The notes beneath the pieces are model-generated. The model made no database searches and had not been told where the DNA came from. It saw only the letters and a list, made by a program, of their open reading frames with translations. DNA of 64,000 nucleotides, taken from NCBI RefSeq assembly GCF_006345805.1, contig NC_043010.1:53134001-53198000 (forward strand), written 5' to 3'. Positions 50,626-64,000 of the stretch are shown here, piece after piece. Origin of the DNA: Octopus sinensis (Eukaryota). Each line of letters starts with the position of its first letter. Position 1 is the stretch's first letter. A program made the position numbers and the translations under genes.

Positions 50626-51387
50626 TATCATTTTATATTTGGTTCCACTTTGTTGTGACTGGTCGTTATAGTTTATGGCTTGGGAATATCAGCAGACCAT
50701 ATTCTGACTATTGAAAACAATGTGAATACTGTTTATAGTATTCATTTTACATAGCTGTAATTTTATTGTCAGCTGGTGCTTATAACTTCTGTACGCAAAT
50801 GTTCCTTGGTAAAGGGTTAACTAATTAATCTCCGATGGCATCGAAATAACCTTCAACGTAAGGTTATACTTGAATTTGTTACTCCTCCACAACAAGCTTT
50901 TATTGTAATTTATTTTATGTTCCGGGTTTCTCATTTCAAATAATACCCATGTAGAACTTTTCTTCGTAAATTTGAATTTTCAATACCCTTTGGGAAGAGG
51001 TCAATGTCCGATTTTATTTCATGTTTCTCTTCATATTTCTATTAATGATTCCATTTTCATATTTGTATACATGATCAAGGTATTTTTAGAGTTCGCTTTT
51101 TATTTTATTTTTGAGAGATGGGAATTCGCTGATATAATCCTATGCTCATATGTTACTATGATGTTAATGTGCAAGAAAATATAAAATATAAATATTTCTC
51201 TGGAAAGTGAAATAATTAGTAACATAGACCAGTTTCTTAGAACTTAGTGGATAACAGATGAAATGTAAAAGTCTTGGTAAGCATTGCATTAAGTCTGGAG
51301 AAGAATAAAGTATTCGTGTTATAAGTGTGAGAAGCCCCTAAAATGTTAGTGAATGACACAAACTGATATTTGTTCGACTCACTATAA

Positions 51388-52066
51388 TAATCTTTCCTAC
51401 TCTAGGCACAAGGCCCGAAATTTTGGGGAAGGGACCAGTCGATTATGCAACTGGTACTTACTTTATTGACCCCGAAAGGATGAAAGGCAAAGTCGACCTC
51501 GGCGGAATTTGAACTCAGAACGTAAAGACGATGAAATACTGCAAAGTATTTCGCGTGGCATCTTAACGTTTCTTCTTTCTTTATTACCCACAAGGGGTTA
51601 AACAAAGAGGGTACAAACAAGGACAAACAAAGGGATTAAGTCGATTGCATCGACTCCAGTGCGTAACTGGTACATAATTCATCGACCCCGAAAGGATAAG
51701 AGGCAAAGCCAACTTCGGCGGAATTTGAACTCAGAAGGTAAAGACTTGAAATACCGCCAAGTATTTCGCCTGGTATGCTAACGTTTCTGCTAGCTCGACG
51801 CCTTATAGATATTCATTTCTACACTACGCACAAGGCCCTAAAATTTTGGCGAAGTGGCCAGTTGATTAGAGGACAAACAAGGACATACAAACGGATTAAG
51901 TCGATTATATCGACCCCAGTGCGTAACTGGTACTTATTTAATCGACCCCCAAATGATGAAAGGCAAAGTCGACCTCGGCGGAATTTGAACTCAGAACGTA
52001 GCGGCAAACGAAATACCGATAAGCATTTCGCCCGGCGTGCTAACGTTTCTGCCATCTCGCCGCCTT
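51388..52066 (-). mobile_element. SINE family A cluster (dimeric copy 51388-51804, second copy 51812-52066)
   Basis: gaccccgaaaggatgaaaggcaaagtcgacctcggcggaatttgaactcagaacgta three times. Confidence 0.9.
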
Positions 52067-52218
52067 GTATTCACTCTAATAGCAAAAAGGATTTATACAT
52101 GCACGCATAAATATCCACGCACACATATATGTATGTGCTTAAGCGCAAAAATCTACATAAAAATACATATGTATTATGCATGTATAATATCTACAAACCT
52201 CTCTCTCTCTCTCCCTCT

Positions 52219-52254
<36 letters not shown>

Positions 52255-52527
52255 AGATATATATTTACACTTACATACAGACGCACATGTAGGCGCGTGT
52301 GCATGTGTGTATGTGTGCGTGCGCGTTTGTGTGTGTTTGCTTTCTGTTCACATAATGTAATAAAGTGTTCCCCTGAAGAGAACCGTTGTGAATTTGTTTC
52401 CAATTTGTTTAGGAATACCTACTGCAGGGGATGCAAATATCCACAATGGCAAAACAGCCACAGGGAACAAATGGCACAAACAGTATATTCTATTTCACAC
52501 GTTATCATATATATATATATATATATA

Positions 52528-52572
<45 letters not shown>

Positions 52573-52921
52573 CTCTCACCTTGCTTTTCTTATTTCCTTT
52601 CTTTTTTCTTTTTTTTCTTTATTCCTCTCTTTCTGATTTCGATTTGACCCTACAAATACATTCCCTACTTTTAGGTCACTTTAGATAAACCCTCGATTCA
52701 ATAGCACTATGTACAAACACTATACTTGGAATGACCAATTTTAAATACTATTGGAATTTACTCACAAGGTATTGGAATCTTATATGTATACAATTCTGCC
52801 TAAATAATGGATCTACAAATGCAATATCCCTGCATATCTCACATCTATTTTCATTCCTCCACTTCACTCTCTATTTCATATCTTATCTAAATTAACTATT
52901 GCTTAACTATTTTCACACACC

Positions 52922-52969
52922 GTCTCCGATGAAGGGATGTAATAAATATCCTGGAAACAGCTGTAAAGC
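52922..52969 (+). ncRNA. Hammerhead motif of family H (U4C substitution)
   Basis: GTCT-CCGATGA-AGGGATGT(aataa)ATATCCTG-GAAAC-AGCT-GTA. Confidence 0.62.
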
Positions 52970-53044
52970 CTTCTATTTATAAATGTTCTAAAATCTTCAC
53001 AGCCTTGGATATTTTTCTCATTCTGAAAAAAAAATATTTATATA

Positions 53045-53089
<45 letters not shown>

Positions 53090-53094
53090 GAACA

Positions 53095-53421
53095 ATCTTA
53101 CTTAGAAAAGGATGCGTGCGTTCCGTCATATAATAAATTAATAAACAAATAAAACATATGCATATATACATACATATATGTACGTACATACCTCTACATG
53201 TATATATACATGCATATATGGGTACAGGACACCCAAAAAAAACGTCGAACACAATGAGAAACGAAAACATAAACATAAAACCAAGGAAATGGACATTTTT
53301 CTTAAACAACGAAAAAATTGAGTACAGGACATACAAAATATATGCATGTATATATACATGTAGAGGTAGGTACGTACATATATGTATGTATATATGCATA
53401 TGTTTTATTTATTTATTAATT

Positions 53422-53422
<1 letters not shown>
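53095..53422. mobile_element. Repeat family J with ~85 bp inverted arms; further copies 60255-60552 and 63615-63900
   Basis: gaaaaggatgcgtg.cgtt..., catgcatatatggg tacaggac, gaaacgaaaacataaa shared among the three loci. Confidence 0.75.
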
Positions 53423-53471
<49 letters not shown>

Positions 53472-53638
53472 AATACATATACCGGAGCAAGCACATAAAT
53501 GTGAAACAAGGTGGAAAAAAGAGTACTCCAATGAGAGAGGCATATATATAGCTACAAGGCCTGAAACTTTGGGAAGGGGGCCAGCCGATTAGATCGTCTC
53601 CAATACTTAATAATAATATTAACGATAATGATAATGAT

Positions 53639-53715
<77 letters not shown>

Positions 53716-53907
53716 GAGCATTGTCGATGTGAGAACTGCTGCTGCTCATGTATTTTAATTTAACTTGAAAAAAAAAAAATTTTTAAATGAACGAACTATT
53801 GAGTTTGGTTTAATGGCCTACCAATGTATACTATGAGTTTCTTTGCCCTAGGAGTCGGGAAGACACTCGGCAAGAAATGGAAGCAAATTTGAAAGAAGAA
53901 AAAAAAA

Positions 53908-53960
<53 letters not shown>

Positions 53961-55497
53961 CATAATAATAATAATAATCGTTTATTCTTAAGCATAAGTC
54001 TTGAAATTGTTGGTAATGGGAAAGTCGATTACATTATCCCCAGTACTCGACTAGAACTTATTTTATCGACCATGATAGGAAGAAAAGCTAAGCCGACCTC
54101 AGTGAAATCTGAATTCAAAATGTAGAGCGTGCTAACGATTCTGTCAGCTCGTCGCCTTGACCAAAATTGTACAGTATAAGTTTTGTTGGTTATATCGACC
54201 CCAGCACTTCACTTGTACTTTTTTTATCAAACCCAAACCAGACTGTGTACGGATGTATTAGCTATACAATTGTGATGAACGATATCCTACAACTAAAAGG
54301 TGGAGTAAACGGGAACACTGTAGATTCTAAGCAAGTTGACACGTTGTGTGTTGCACAGGGTACAAGTAAGATTCAGGTGGGAAATTGATGTAGAATTCTG
54401 CTTTGAAAAACGCGCCAAGAATACTGTACAAAAGTGAAAATTAGTATAAACGCGTGATAACATATTACATAGAAAAAGACCGATATAACAGAATTACACC
54501 GCGTGTACTCTTACAAATAGAAGGAATTAATGAGTGCAACAAATGAAAATGAAAGGAAATGTCATGGAGGAATATCATAGAAGCATTATATTGAATAACT
54601 TGTAGTTATAATATTTCCAATTTCAAGTTGAGTGAATTAGCAGGACTAAAACGGAACATAAGAAAATAACAAGTGCAATTTCGAATACATCACCAAAAAG
54701 TCGATATGCGATTATATTAACTGCGAACAAATGGTGTTAGGGTGGTCTTCTCCATCTAGAAAATCTATTATAAAATATCTCTCCTGTTATAGTACGAAAT
54801 TGTCTGCTGAAGAATAAAGAAACAAACTAACGGAAAGAGCTTTATAGCGTGAACTAAAACTCAATTTGCTTTCGCTCTCTGGGGAGCCTAATAAATATAA
54901 GACATCAGCGAGGGTAGCAGACTGCTGTGAAGATGATGAAGAAACGATAATATGATGTATTAAGAAACTAAATTAAAAGCTGAACTAATACAAAATATCG
55001 TACTAAGACTTTAGCTAGAACAGATCCTCCATGGTCGATACCCGACAAGAATGCAGAAAGACAAGGCAGGAAAGAAAAAGAGAAACCTTCAAGAATTATT
55101 CAGCATTGGCTGGGAAGCACAGAACTAAAATTCGAGATGGAGAAATTTGAAGGCAGCTAGAATAATTAAATAAATAAGTAAAAATAACAAATAAAAAGAG
55201 AAATAAAAATAATGAAGACTTCCTTTTGGACATTAACAAAGGCATATTCAACGAAAGTGGAAAAGTAATTAAAGACTAAGTGAGGGTGATGAGGAAATAG
55301 TCAGCCATATTGTATTCTGTAAGAAAAGTCTCAACCAAGTTTGAACATGAATAGGCAACGTAAAGACAATAATATTATATAATGCACATACACATATATG
55401 CATAAATACATGCATATATATATATATATTTACACACACATACACACACACACAAACACACACACACATATATGTATATATATATATATATATATAT

Positions 55498-55720
55498 ACA
55501 GATATTTATTTGTATATTACATGTTTTTATACATCATATAACTTATATCATATATCATATATTAACGCTTTCGTTCATTCTGGTGGATTTTTCAAATTGT
55601 GTCAATTCTGGTGGATTTTTCATATAAAAATCCACCAGAATGGACGAAAGCGCTAATATATGATATATGATATAAGTTATATGATGTATAAAAACATGGA
55701 TTATACAAATAAATATCTGT
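55498..55720. repeat. Inverted repeat (~95 bp arms) containing the 3' half of a hammerhead
   Basis: 20-bp hairpin GTCAATTCTGGTGGATTTTT-catat-AAAAATCCACCAGAATGGAC followed by GAA-AGCGCT-A (55601-55655). Confidence 0.8.
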
Positions 55721-55906
55721 AAATATAAAACCATCCGAATTTCTGAGTACCTCATATCTTCTAATATAAAATACATGTACATCATCTCCAAACTTTCTAA
55801 TATATATATATAATATACATAGAAGTAAATATATGGCACAACGAATATTTACTCTCGTATTGCATTACTATTTATATAATATATATATTATATATATATA
55901 TATATA

Positions 55907-55944
<38 letters not shown>

Positions 55945-56308
55945 GTTGTGTGTGTGTGTGTGTATGTAATATATATACATATATATATATGCATATATAC
56001 ATGTATACATATATATATGTATATAAATCGAAATATAATATTTCTAAATCTCTCTAAAGGAGACTACAGTAACGGTACTGGATATTAATAGTTATCGCCA
56101 AGCTAACATGGCAGTCCATTTTTTGTGAATTCTCCCTACATATATATATATATATATATATGTACGACGGGCTTCTTGCAGTTTCCATCTACCAAATCTT
56201 CGTACAAGTCTTTGGTCTGCTCGTGAATATATTTTATTTTACATGCGGAGTATTTTAGGCATTATTTTCCTCTGTTTGGTTTCACGAAAAGTGCATCGAG
56301 TAGTAGGG

Positions 56309-56349
<41 letters not shown>

Positions 56350-56559
56350 ATGCTTTATTGATTTAGTAAAGGCTCTTAGCATTACTTCTAGGGAACCAAA
56401 GAGGAATATATTTAGAAATTTGCACTAAAATCTTTGAATTTGTTTCAGAAACCAAACCGCAACATGAAGTTTAGCGTTGCATTCAACAAGCATCTTTCTG
56501 ACGAAATTACTGGAGATAAAAAAAAAGGAAAAATTCGCTATGCCAGTTTCTACACTGTT

Positions 56560-56945
56560 TGCAATTTTCTTTACGGTTGTTATTTATGCATTCCAAAATT
56601 GTCATATATAAGTATGCACTTGAGGTTCGGAACGATAGACGATATCTTTCATCTTCAGAGTTTCCAGTGCAAGTCTATGACATTCAAAATATTGATCCAA
56701 GAACTGATTCTCAGATATACTACTGTTTTTGTTGCTCGTGCAGAAAACGACACGCTACTTATAATGGATCGATTTCCAGATGCATGTCTTGCCTTTGGCC
56801 TCCCAATAAGCTTGAAGAAGACAAACATAATATTCACTCGTGCACTCCGTGAACCTTGCGTTGAACCAAACAACTTTGTGAAAGACACCATGGTATCTGA
56901 TTAGAAGTTGGTGGATACATTCTTATATTTTAGGAGTGCTTTGTA
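56560..56945 (+). pseudogene. RTE-clade LINE reverse transcriptase fragment
   Basis: KILIQELILRYTTVFVARAENDTLLIMDRFPDACLAFGLPISLKKT...EPCVEPNNFVK...VDTFLY matches the RTE RT region around a destroyed YADD. Confidence 0.85.
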
Positions 56946-57574
56946 AAGAAGCCCACATTACACCATATGGATCATGTGACCGTTTTTTTCTGGTTTGTCT
57001 TGGGTATATATTCCTACCTGAACGGGACGCTAATCCGTCGTAGGATTACTCAATTTTTTTTTCCGGCTGGGTGGACTGGAGCAACGTGAATCACAGTTTA
57101 TCGCTTGGCAAATGCTCGGGTATGACACGTTGTATGGGCCCCAAACATGAGTCGTCCTCAGTAGAGTTTATGTTCGATAAACTGTAAACGGAAAACTGGA
57201 AACTGGAAACCTTCCACATACTAAATCTATGATGACGTATGGATACCGTAAAAATACAGGATGCAAAAGCGTAATAACTAGGGATTAATATAAGAAATCG
57301 AATAATACCTAAGTAAATGCGTTAAGAAAGGATGTAGATTGTTTGAGATAGGACCACAGAATAAACAAGCCGTACTAAAACATCATCATAGTCGTCGTCG
57401 TCGTCATCAGCAACAACAACAACAATAACAACAACGATGACGACGAGCCATGGATATTTCTGTCTCGAGTATTAGGGCATATTGGGCCGGCTACCGGGTT
57501 TCCGTGGTGTACATATGACTGAGAGCTCAACATTTCCAATATATATATATAATAACAATAATAATAATAATAAT

Positions 57575-57609
<35 letters not shown>

Positions 57610-57611
<2 letters not shown>

Positions 57612-58486
57612 AGGTGCGACAGGTAAATTGTCAGCATTCTATAATAATAGTTTCGCGCATGCGCATTGTTTGTTTCTGATTTTCTCAACTACACAGTATA
57701 GTAGGGTCATTTGGGCACCGTCTGTGAGAAAAATATCACCGTAATGCAATTCACTCTGCCAGAAATTTGGAAACGACATGCTATACTGCAAATATTTCAG
57801 ATACGAATATCTCAGAGTGTTTGGGTATCAATCTGAGGACAGTGCAATCTGAGGACAGGTACCGAAAGTGATAAATATCAAACATTCAGTCAACATCATG
57901 ATGTTTAGGAGAGATCACTAGTGGTGGTGGCGTTATGCCTCCATTAATCTTCATACACGGCCTCGCACACAACACGGTGGTCTACATTAAGTGCCTGGAG
58001 AAGGTAATGCTGCTCTGGGTCAAGAGGGTGGTTGCTGAAAACTCTATGTCTGGCAACAGGATTCTGCACCATGCCACACAACCAGGAGAACCTAGTCGTG
58101 GCCGTCAGACAATTTCTGCTACCACATCACCCTTTGCATCTGGTCACCTAATTCCCCACACTGCAACTCCCTTGATTATTATGTGCGGGGCGCAGCTGAG
58201 CGAAAGACCAATAAAACTCCTTGTAACACCAAAAATGAATTAAAGGCAAGGATTATGGCAGCATTGATCAACTTAAACAAGGAGACCGTCCAGAAGAGTT
58301 GCAGGAGATTCCGAAGTTGTCTGGAGTCCGTGTTTGAAACCAATAGCGATTATATTGAATAAATTTACTCTTTAGTATTTCAAAATATTTTTGATGTAAT
58401 TTTGGTAAATATATCTGTTAAGGTGAGATTCAGAGTTATTTTCGTTTTTGCGTAATTTAGACGACAGTTTATTCACGGCATCCCTG
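57610..58486 (+). mobile_element. DD37D (maT-type) Tc1/mariner remnant
   Basis: TA|CAAGGTGCGACAGGTAAATTGTC ... GACAGTTTATTCACGGCATCCCTG|TA; YVWQQDSAPCH...WSPNSPHCNSLDYY with 37 residues between the aspartates; internal deletion, stop and frameshifts. Confidence 0.88.
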
Positions 58487-58662
58487 TATAAGACGAATAA
58501 GACTTCTTTCAGTTTCTGTCAAAGATATGTACTCACAAGGCGTTGGTCTTCCCAACGCTGTAGTAGAAGACACTTGCTCAAGGTGTCACGCAGTGCGACA
58601 GAACCCGGAATCATGCGGATGGGAAGCAAGCATCTTACCACACAGCCATTCTTGAGAGTATA

Positions 58663-60112
58663 TATTGGGTCATCCTATAAATAATGCGGTTTTCTTTATT
58701 CTTCTTTTATTTTTCAAAATTAAGGTAAACAAAGTTCATTTTTAGTCCAAAATATACTCTCCTTCACATTCTACCACGCTCTTCCATCTATCTGGTAGAC
58801 TTGCAAGGCCCCTCTTCCAAAATTCACTTCTCAGTGAGGAAAAATACTCCTGCAGCATTGTTCTTACCTCATCGACAGAATTTGTATTTTTTCCGACCAA
58901 ATAATTTTGCCGATTGCAGAATAAATGATAATCTGATGGGGCAATGTCCAGTGAATATGGTGGGTCGAGCATTGTTTCCCATTCAAACTGCTCAAGCCTT
59001 TGGAATGGCATCGTCAGTGTATGTGGCCAAGCATTATCCTGATGGAAGGACACCTTTTGTCTTGAAGCCAAAGATGGTCGTTTTTCTTCTAGCGCTGACT
59101 TTAGCTGCTAAAATGCTCAAAGTAGATCTTCTTTGTTATCGTTTGATTTGGGTTTAAAAGTTCAAAGTCGACTAAACTTTTCATATGCCACCAAAGAGGT
59201 AAGAACACCTTACTTGGGTGAAGACCTTCTGTAGCCTAGGGTGTCGGTCTTTTTCCTTTCCCTACCCACTGTCTTCGGTACTTCATATTTTTATAGAGAA
59301 TGCTTTTCTCACCACCAGTCACTATTGGGTTCAGAAATGGTGCATTCATGAGACGTGAACACAGAAGAGCACACATTCACTCTCTGCGCGCCATTAGATT
59401 CTGAAAGTTTGTAAGGAATCTATTGACCCAATTTACTGACTTTTCCGATGGTACACAGGTGTCGATGAATAGTTGAATGACGAAATCCAAGCTTCTCTGC
59501 TAGTTCCTCAACAGTTACGACGAGGCTGACAGAAACGTTAGCACGCTGGGCGAAATGCTGAGCGCTATTTCGTCTGCCGTTACGTTCTGGGCTCAAATAC
59601 CGCCGTGGTCGACTTTGCCTTTCATCCTTTCGGGGTCGGTAAATTAAGTACCAGTTACGCACTGGGGTCGATATAATCGACTTAAACCGTCTGTCTGTCC
59701 TTGTTTGTCTCCTCTGTTTAGCCCCTTGTGGATAGTAAAGAAACAAGTTACGACGGGGCTTTATTCCACCAGGATTTGCAGAACGTGGTCGTCAAGCTCT
59801 ACAGATCTAGCACGAGGCTCGTTTTCTAAGCTGTAGTTTCCGGCTCGAAATTTCTGGAACCACCCTTGACGCTGGCTTACCCTTATTGTCCAATCCCCAT
59901 ATTCTGCATTTAATATTCCTCACACATTCCGTTCCATTGCTACTTTTGTTGTACTCATAAAGCAAAATATTCCGAATATGCTGCTTTGTCACTTCTATTA
60001 TAGCTTTGAAAAAATTCTGTTAAAATCGAACTGTAATCTTCAAAACTAAAACTAAGGATAAGTACAAGATTACTACCTGCTTTTATAGCAAGTTGATACA
60101 GGTAGTTTATCT
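58663..60112 (-). mobile_element. Mariner (DD34D) pseudogene, same family as 28746-29910
   Basis: TIR TATTGGGTCATCCTATAAATAATGCGG; MEVTKQHIRNILLYEYNK; HQDNAWPH...PPYSLDIAPSDYHLF with 34-residue spacing. Confidence 0.93.
59523..59745 (+). mobile_element. SINE family A inserted in the mariner, 10-bp TSD
   Basis: AGTTACGACG at 59513-59522 and 59746-59755; the empty site is visible in the 29.1 kb mariner copy. Confidence 0.93.
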
Positions 60113-60172
60113 CGTCATACACACACACACATATATATATATATATATGTATATATGTATATATGTATGTAT

Positions 60173-60227
<55 letters not shown>

Positions 60228-60551
60228 CATGTATATATAGATAGATAGTTAAAACTTACTTGGAAAAGGATGCGTGACGTTCGATCATATGATAATATAA
60301 ATAATGTATAAATATATGCATATATACATACATATATGTACATACCTACATATATATGTATATATACATGCATATATGGATACTGAACAACAAAAAAACG
60401 TTGAACACAATGAGAAACGAAAACATAAAAACAAAAACATGAAAAACGAACTTTTTTTCGAACAACGAAAAAAACAAAGAAACGAGACATGCAACAAAGA
60501 ATTTTCCCCTTCTTCAGTTGCCCCTGTCTCATCTACTCCACGTTCCGAAGG

Positions 60552-60612
<61 letters not shown>

Positions 60613-60886
60613 GAGAGAGAGAGAGTCAAATGTATGTATGTGTTTCTTAACTCTATATATACAGATATGTGGATAGACGGAGAAAAGATGGCGACAGGAA
60701 GCAAAATATATGATTTTTATACGGGGCTAAATCTTGGCGAGTCACAATGTCACAGCAGGAAACTCCGGGTAACGATTCACGAATCATTCACCCTCAATAA
60801 AATCTACTTACGCCCACCGTGAAGTATCGAATACTTTTTGCATATAAATGTACACAAAATGGCTGTATATATACATATATCCATAC

Positions 60887-60934
<48 letters not shown>

Positions 60935-61101
60935 GAGACATATACATGTATGTATATATATATATAGAGAGAGAGAGAGACTTATACATGTATGTATATA
61001 TGTATGTGTATATATATGTATATATATTTATTTATATGTATTGTATATGTATCTATGCATTACGTATGTGTGAATGATGTATATGAAAAATTCACACACA
61101 C

Positions 61102-61160
<59 letters not shown>

Positions 61161-61401
61161 GATAGATACACCACGCACATACGCACACACCACAAACACA
61201 CACACATATACACATACCTATATATATACTCACTCATATATTTCCAAGAATAAATTCATATATCAATATATAAGAATATGGTATACAGACGTCTATACAG
61301 AGGCACATACATATGTATGCCTATGTATGTACGAGGTATACATATGTCTATGTATGCGTTCATTTACAAGAGCATGTGAAGTCAGAAGAATTATCGATCC
61401 G

Positions 61402-61414
61402 GTTGCTAAGCAAC
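61402..61414. promoter_or_regulatory. RFX X-box-like palindrome in a non-repetitive island
   Basis: GTTGCT-A-AGCAAC; E-box CAGCTG ~20 bp downstream; motif match only. Confidence 0.35.
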
Positions 61415-61751
61415 TGTGTTTAACCTCATGCACCAGCTGAAATGGTTGTTCTGGTGTTAAATTATTCCAGCCTATCTCTTTCAACTGAATCAATAGCAGA
61501 AATCTCTCACACACAGAACATAAACCTATTCACACACAAGAAAATTCTTACAACTATACACACAAACGAATATCTTACACATATGTAAGAACATACAAAT
61601 ACACACACACACACGCGCGCACTAACCTCTCTCTCTCTCTCTTTCTCTCTCTCTCCCTCTCTCTCTCTCTATATATATATATGCATATGTATATATGATT
61701 TTATGTATTCATGAATACATATGCACATTTATGTACTTCATATATAAATAT

Positions 61752-61822
<71 letters not shown>

Positions 61823-61874
61823 CACCATATATATACATATATATACATATATATGTATATATATATATGTATAT

Positions 61875-61932
<58 letters not shown>

Positions 61933-62433
61933 TATATACATACATATATTCATTCATTCATTTATATATAACTATATACACACATATAGGTATATATCTA
62001 CGTACGTATTTATCTGTCTATCTATAACTAGTCATATTTTATCCCGTCATACATATAACGACTCATAAAATATCGATATTTCTATATCACTAAATATATC
62101 ACCCACTATCAGTGTATGTACATACTCGCTCTATCTATATATATGGATGTGTGTGTATATATATTTACATATATATGCATATATATATATACATTCTATA
62201 GATATATATGTACATTCATACATGCATACATATGTAATATCATATCATACACCATGTGTTCATATATACACACGCGTTTTGTAGTGTATTTGCGTCATAT
62301 ATTTGTATGCACTTACTTACATATATTCACACGGACACAGAGACACACACACATAGTGATATATATTCATATATTTATATAGACATATATATGCATATGT
62401 ATAACCTTATATATAAGTATATATATATATATA

Positions 62434-62483
<50 letters not shown>

Positions 62484-62791
62484 AATATACGTAAATGTAT
62501 ATTGTTTTAATTTTCTTATCTATTTATATAGTTTCATCAAATGTATATATATAAATATATGTAATGGATATATGTATATATATATATATATATACAGAAG
62601 TATATCTTTATTACGCACGTGCATGCATTATACATTCCTGTGTGTCTAGTGTCTGTATACATATATTTATAGATGCGTGCAGACATTTATATATGCATAT
62701 ATATAATATATACTATATATATATACATACATACTATATATATATACATATAATATAATATATATATATATTATATATATAGTGTGTGTGT

Positions 62792-62830
<39 letters not shown>

Positions 62831-63030
62831 TGTGTGTATTTATGTATTTATAATGTATATCTTTATCGAAGTATGCATATCGTTGTACTTATATGCTTGT
62901 GTATGCGAGTGTGTATATGTATTACATACATATACACACACGCACGCACGCACGCACACACGGACCAACGCACACACACACACAACACACACATATATAT
63001 ATATCTATATATATATAGAGAGAGAGAGAC

Positions 63031-63074
<44 letters not shown>

Positions 63075-64000
63075 TGATAGATAGATAGATGCACGCGTAC
63101 ATGCCTATATATACAGTGTACGTATTATGATCGATACCCTTGTACGGCTATTAATACTTCTCTTTCTCTTTCACCTGTCCCTAACTCCTGTTCAGTACTT
63201 TTCCTTGTCTCTCTCTTCCCCCAGCCTCTCTCTCCCTCCCTCCCTCCACCCCTCTCTCTCCCACCTACGACAAATATCTTGCAAAAGCTAATCATACAAA
63301 CAGCTATAATAGACATGTAGAATATGTATATTATCTTTATAGTAAAACTGGTATATATTGTTTCAAACACAATCATGTGATTAAGACGTTTCTACCGTGC
63401 ACTCGTTGTTCAAAATGATTGCGCGGCATTTCGGGCAGCTGTCTTACACTAAAAACATCGGATTTGACCAAAGTCTCGTGATGCAAGTTTCTTAAATTGG
63501 AACTATTTGGAAACCTGTCATTTTTACGTATATTTATAATTATATCTATCTATCTATGTTTATATATATATATATAATATAAATAATATATACGTATCTG
63601 GTTATATACATACATATGTATGTATGTATATATACATGCATATATGGGTACAGGACATAAAAAAAAAACGAAAACATAAAAACAAAAACATAGAAAACGA
63701 AATTTTTTTCGAACAACGAAAAAAACCAGAGAAACGAGACATGCAACATAAAGAATATTCCCCTTCATCAGTTGTCCCTGTTTCATCTACTCCGCGTCAC
63801 GAAGGTAAGGACAATACACGACTTCGTTGAAACAGTCTTTCCAGCAAAGCAAATTGAATAAAAATTGGGATTTTTTGCGGAGGGTGAAAGTGGTAACAAG
63901 AAATAGTTGAAAATATGTGGAAAACAAATAGAAAATGTGGAAGAGAAATGCCTTCGTTTCACATATTCGATAAGTTGGAGGTAGGTTTCGCAGGCATTTC

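Noticed and set aside
54420-55360. Decayed R4/Dong-like LINE (EEIVSHIVF, ELIQNIVLR remnants)
   Set aside because: Motifs are too short and out of order to support a call without an alignment.
60500-60552. Permuted hammerhead in family J (CTGAAGA/CTGATGA on the minus strand; also 63755-63810)
   Set aside because: No GAAA downstream of a paired stem II, and the upstream GGAACGT is followed by G with no stem I pairing.
60800-60845. Minus-strand splice donor GC|GTAAGT marking a micro-exon
   Set aside because: No polypyrimidine acceptor upstream; the motif is expected by chance in 64 kb.

Overview
AT-rich, repeat-saturated eukaryotic DNA with no host protein-coding exon that I can support. It is most likely intronic or intergenic octopus (coleoid cephalopod) sequence, inferred from the SINE families and microsatellite load. 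Nearly all ORFs in the track are translations of (TA)n, (CA)n, (GA)n, (AAT)n or (GAT)n repeats. Recognisable content: several tRNA-derived SINE families (some nested, with TSDs), two decayed DD34D mariner copies plus a mariner deletion derivative, a DD37D (maT) remnant, hAT MITEs, two Helitron-like non-autonomous elements, and R4/Dong, RTE and CR1/L2-group LINE fragments. The most striking signal is a dense and diverse set of minimal type I hammerhead ribozyme (HHR) motifs of the Penelope/retrozyme kind: about a dozen clear motifs plus decayed ones, in at least seven otherwise dissimilar repeat families. These include a ~354-nt tandem-plus-inverted retrozyme-like unit (31.1-31.8 kb) with a deletion starting at the predicted cleavage site, a motif with a compensatory G3:C8 core (42.9 kb), a possible U3:A8 variant (21.9 kb), and a tRNA-headed SINE ending in a hammerhead (37.9-38.2 kb). 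All structures were read by eye; none has been folded computationally or tested.
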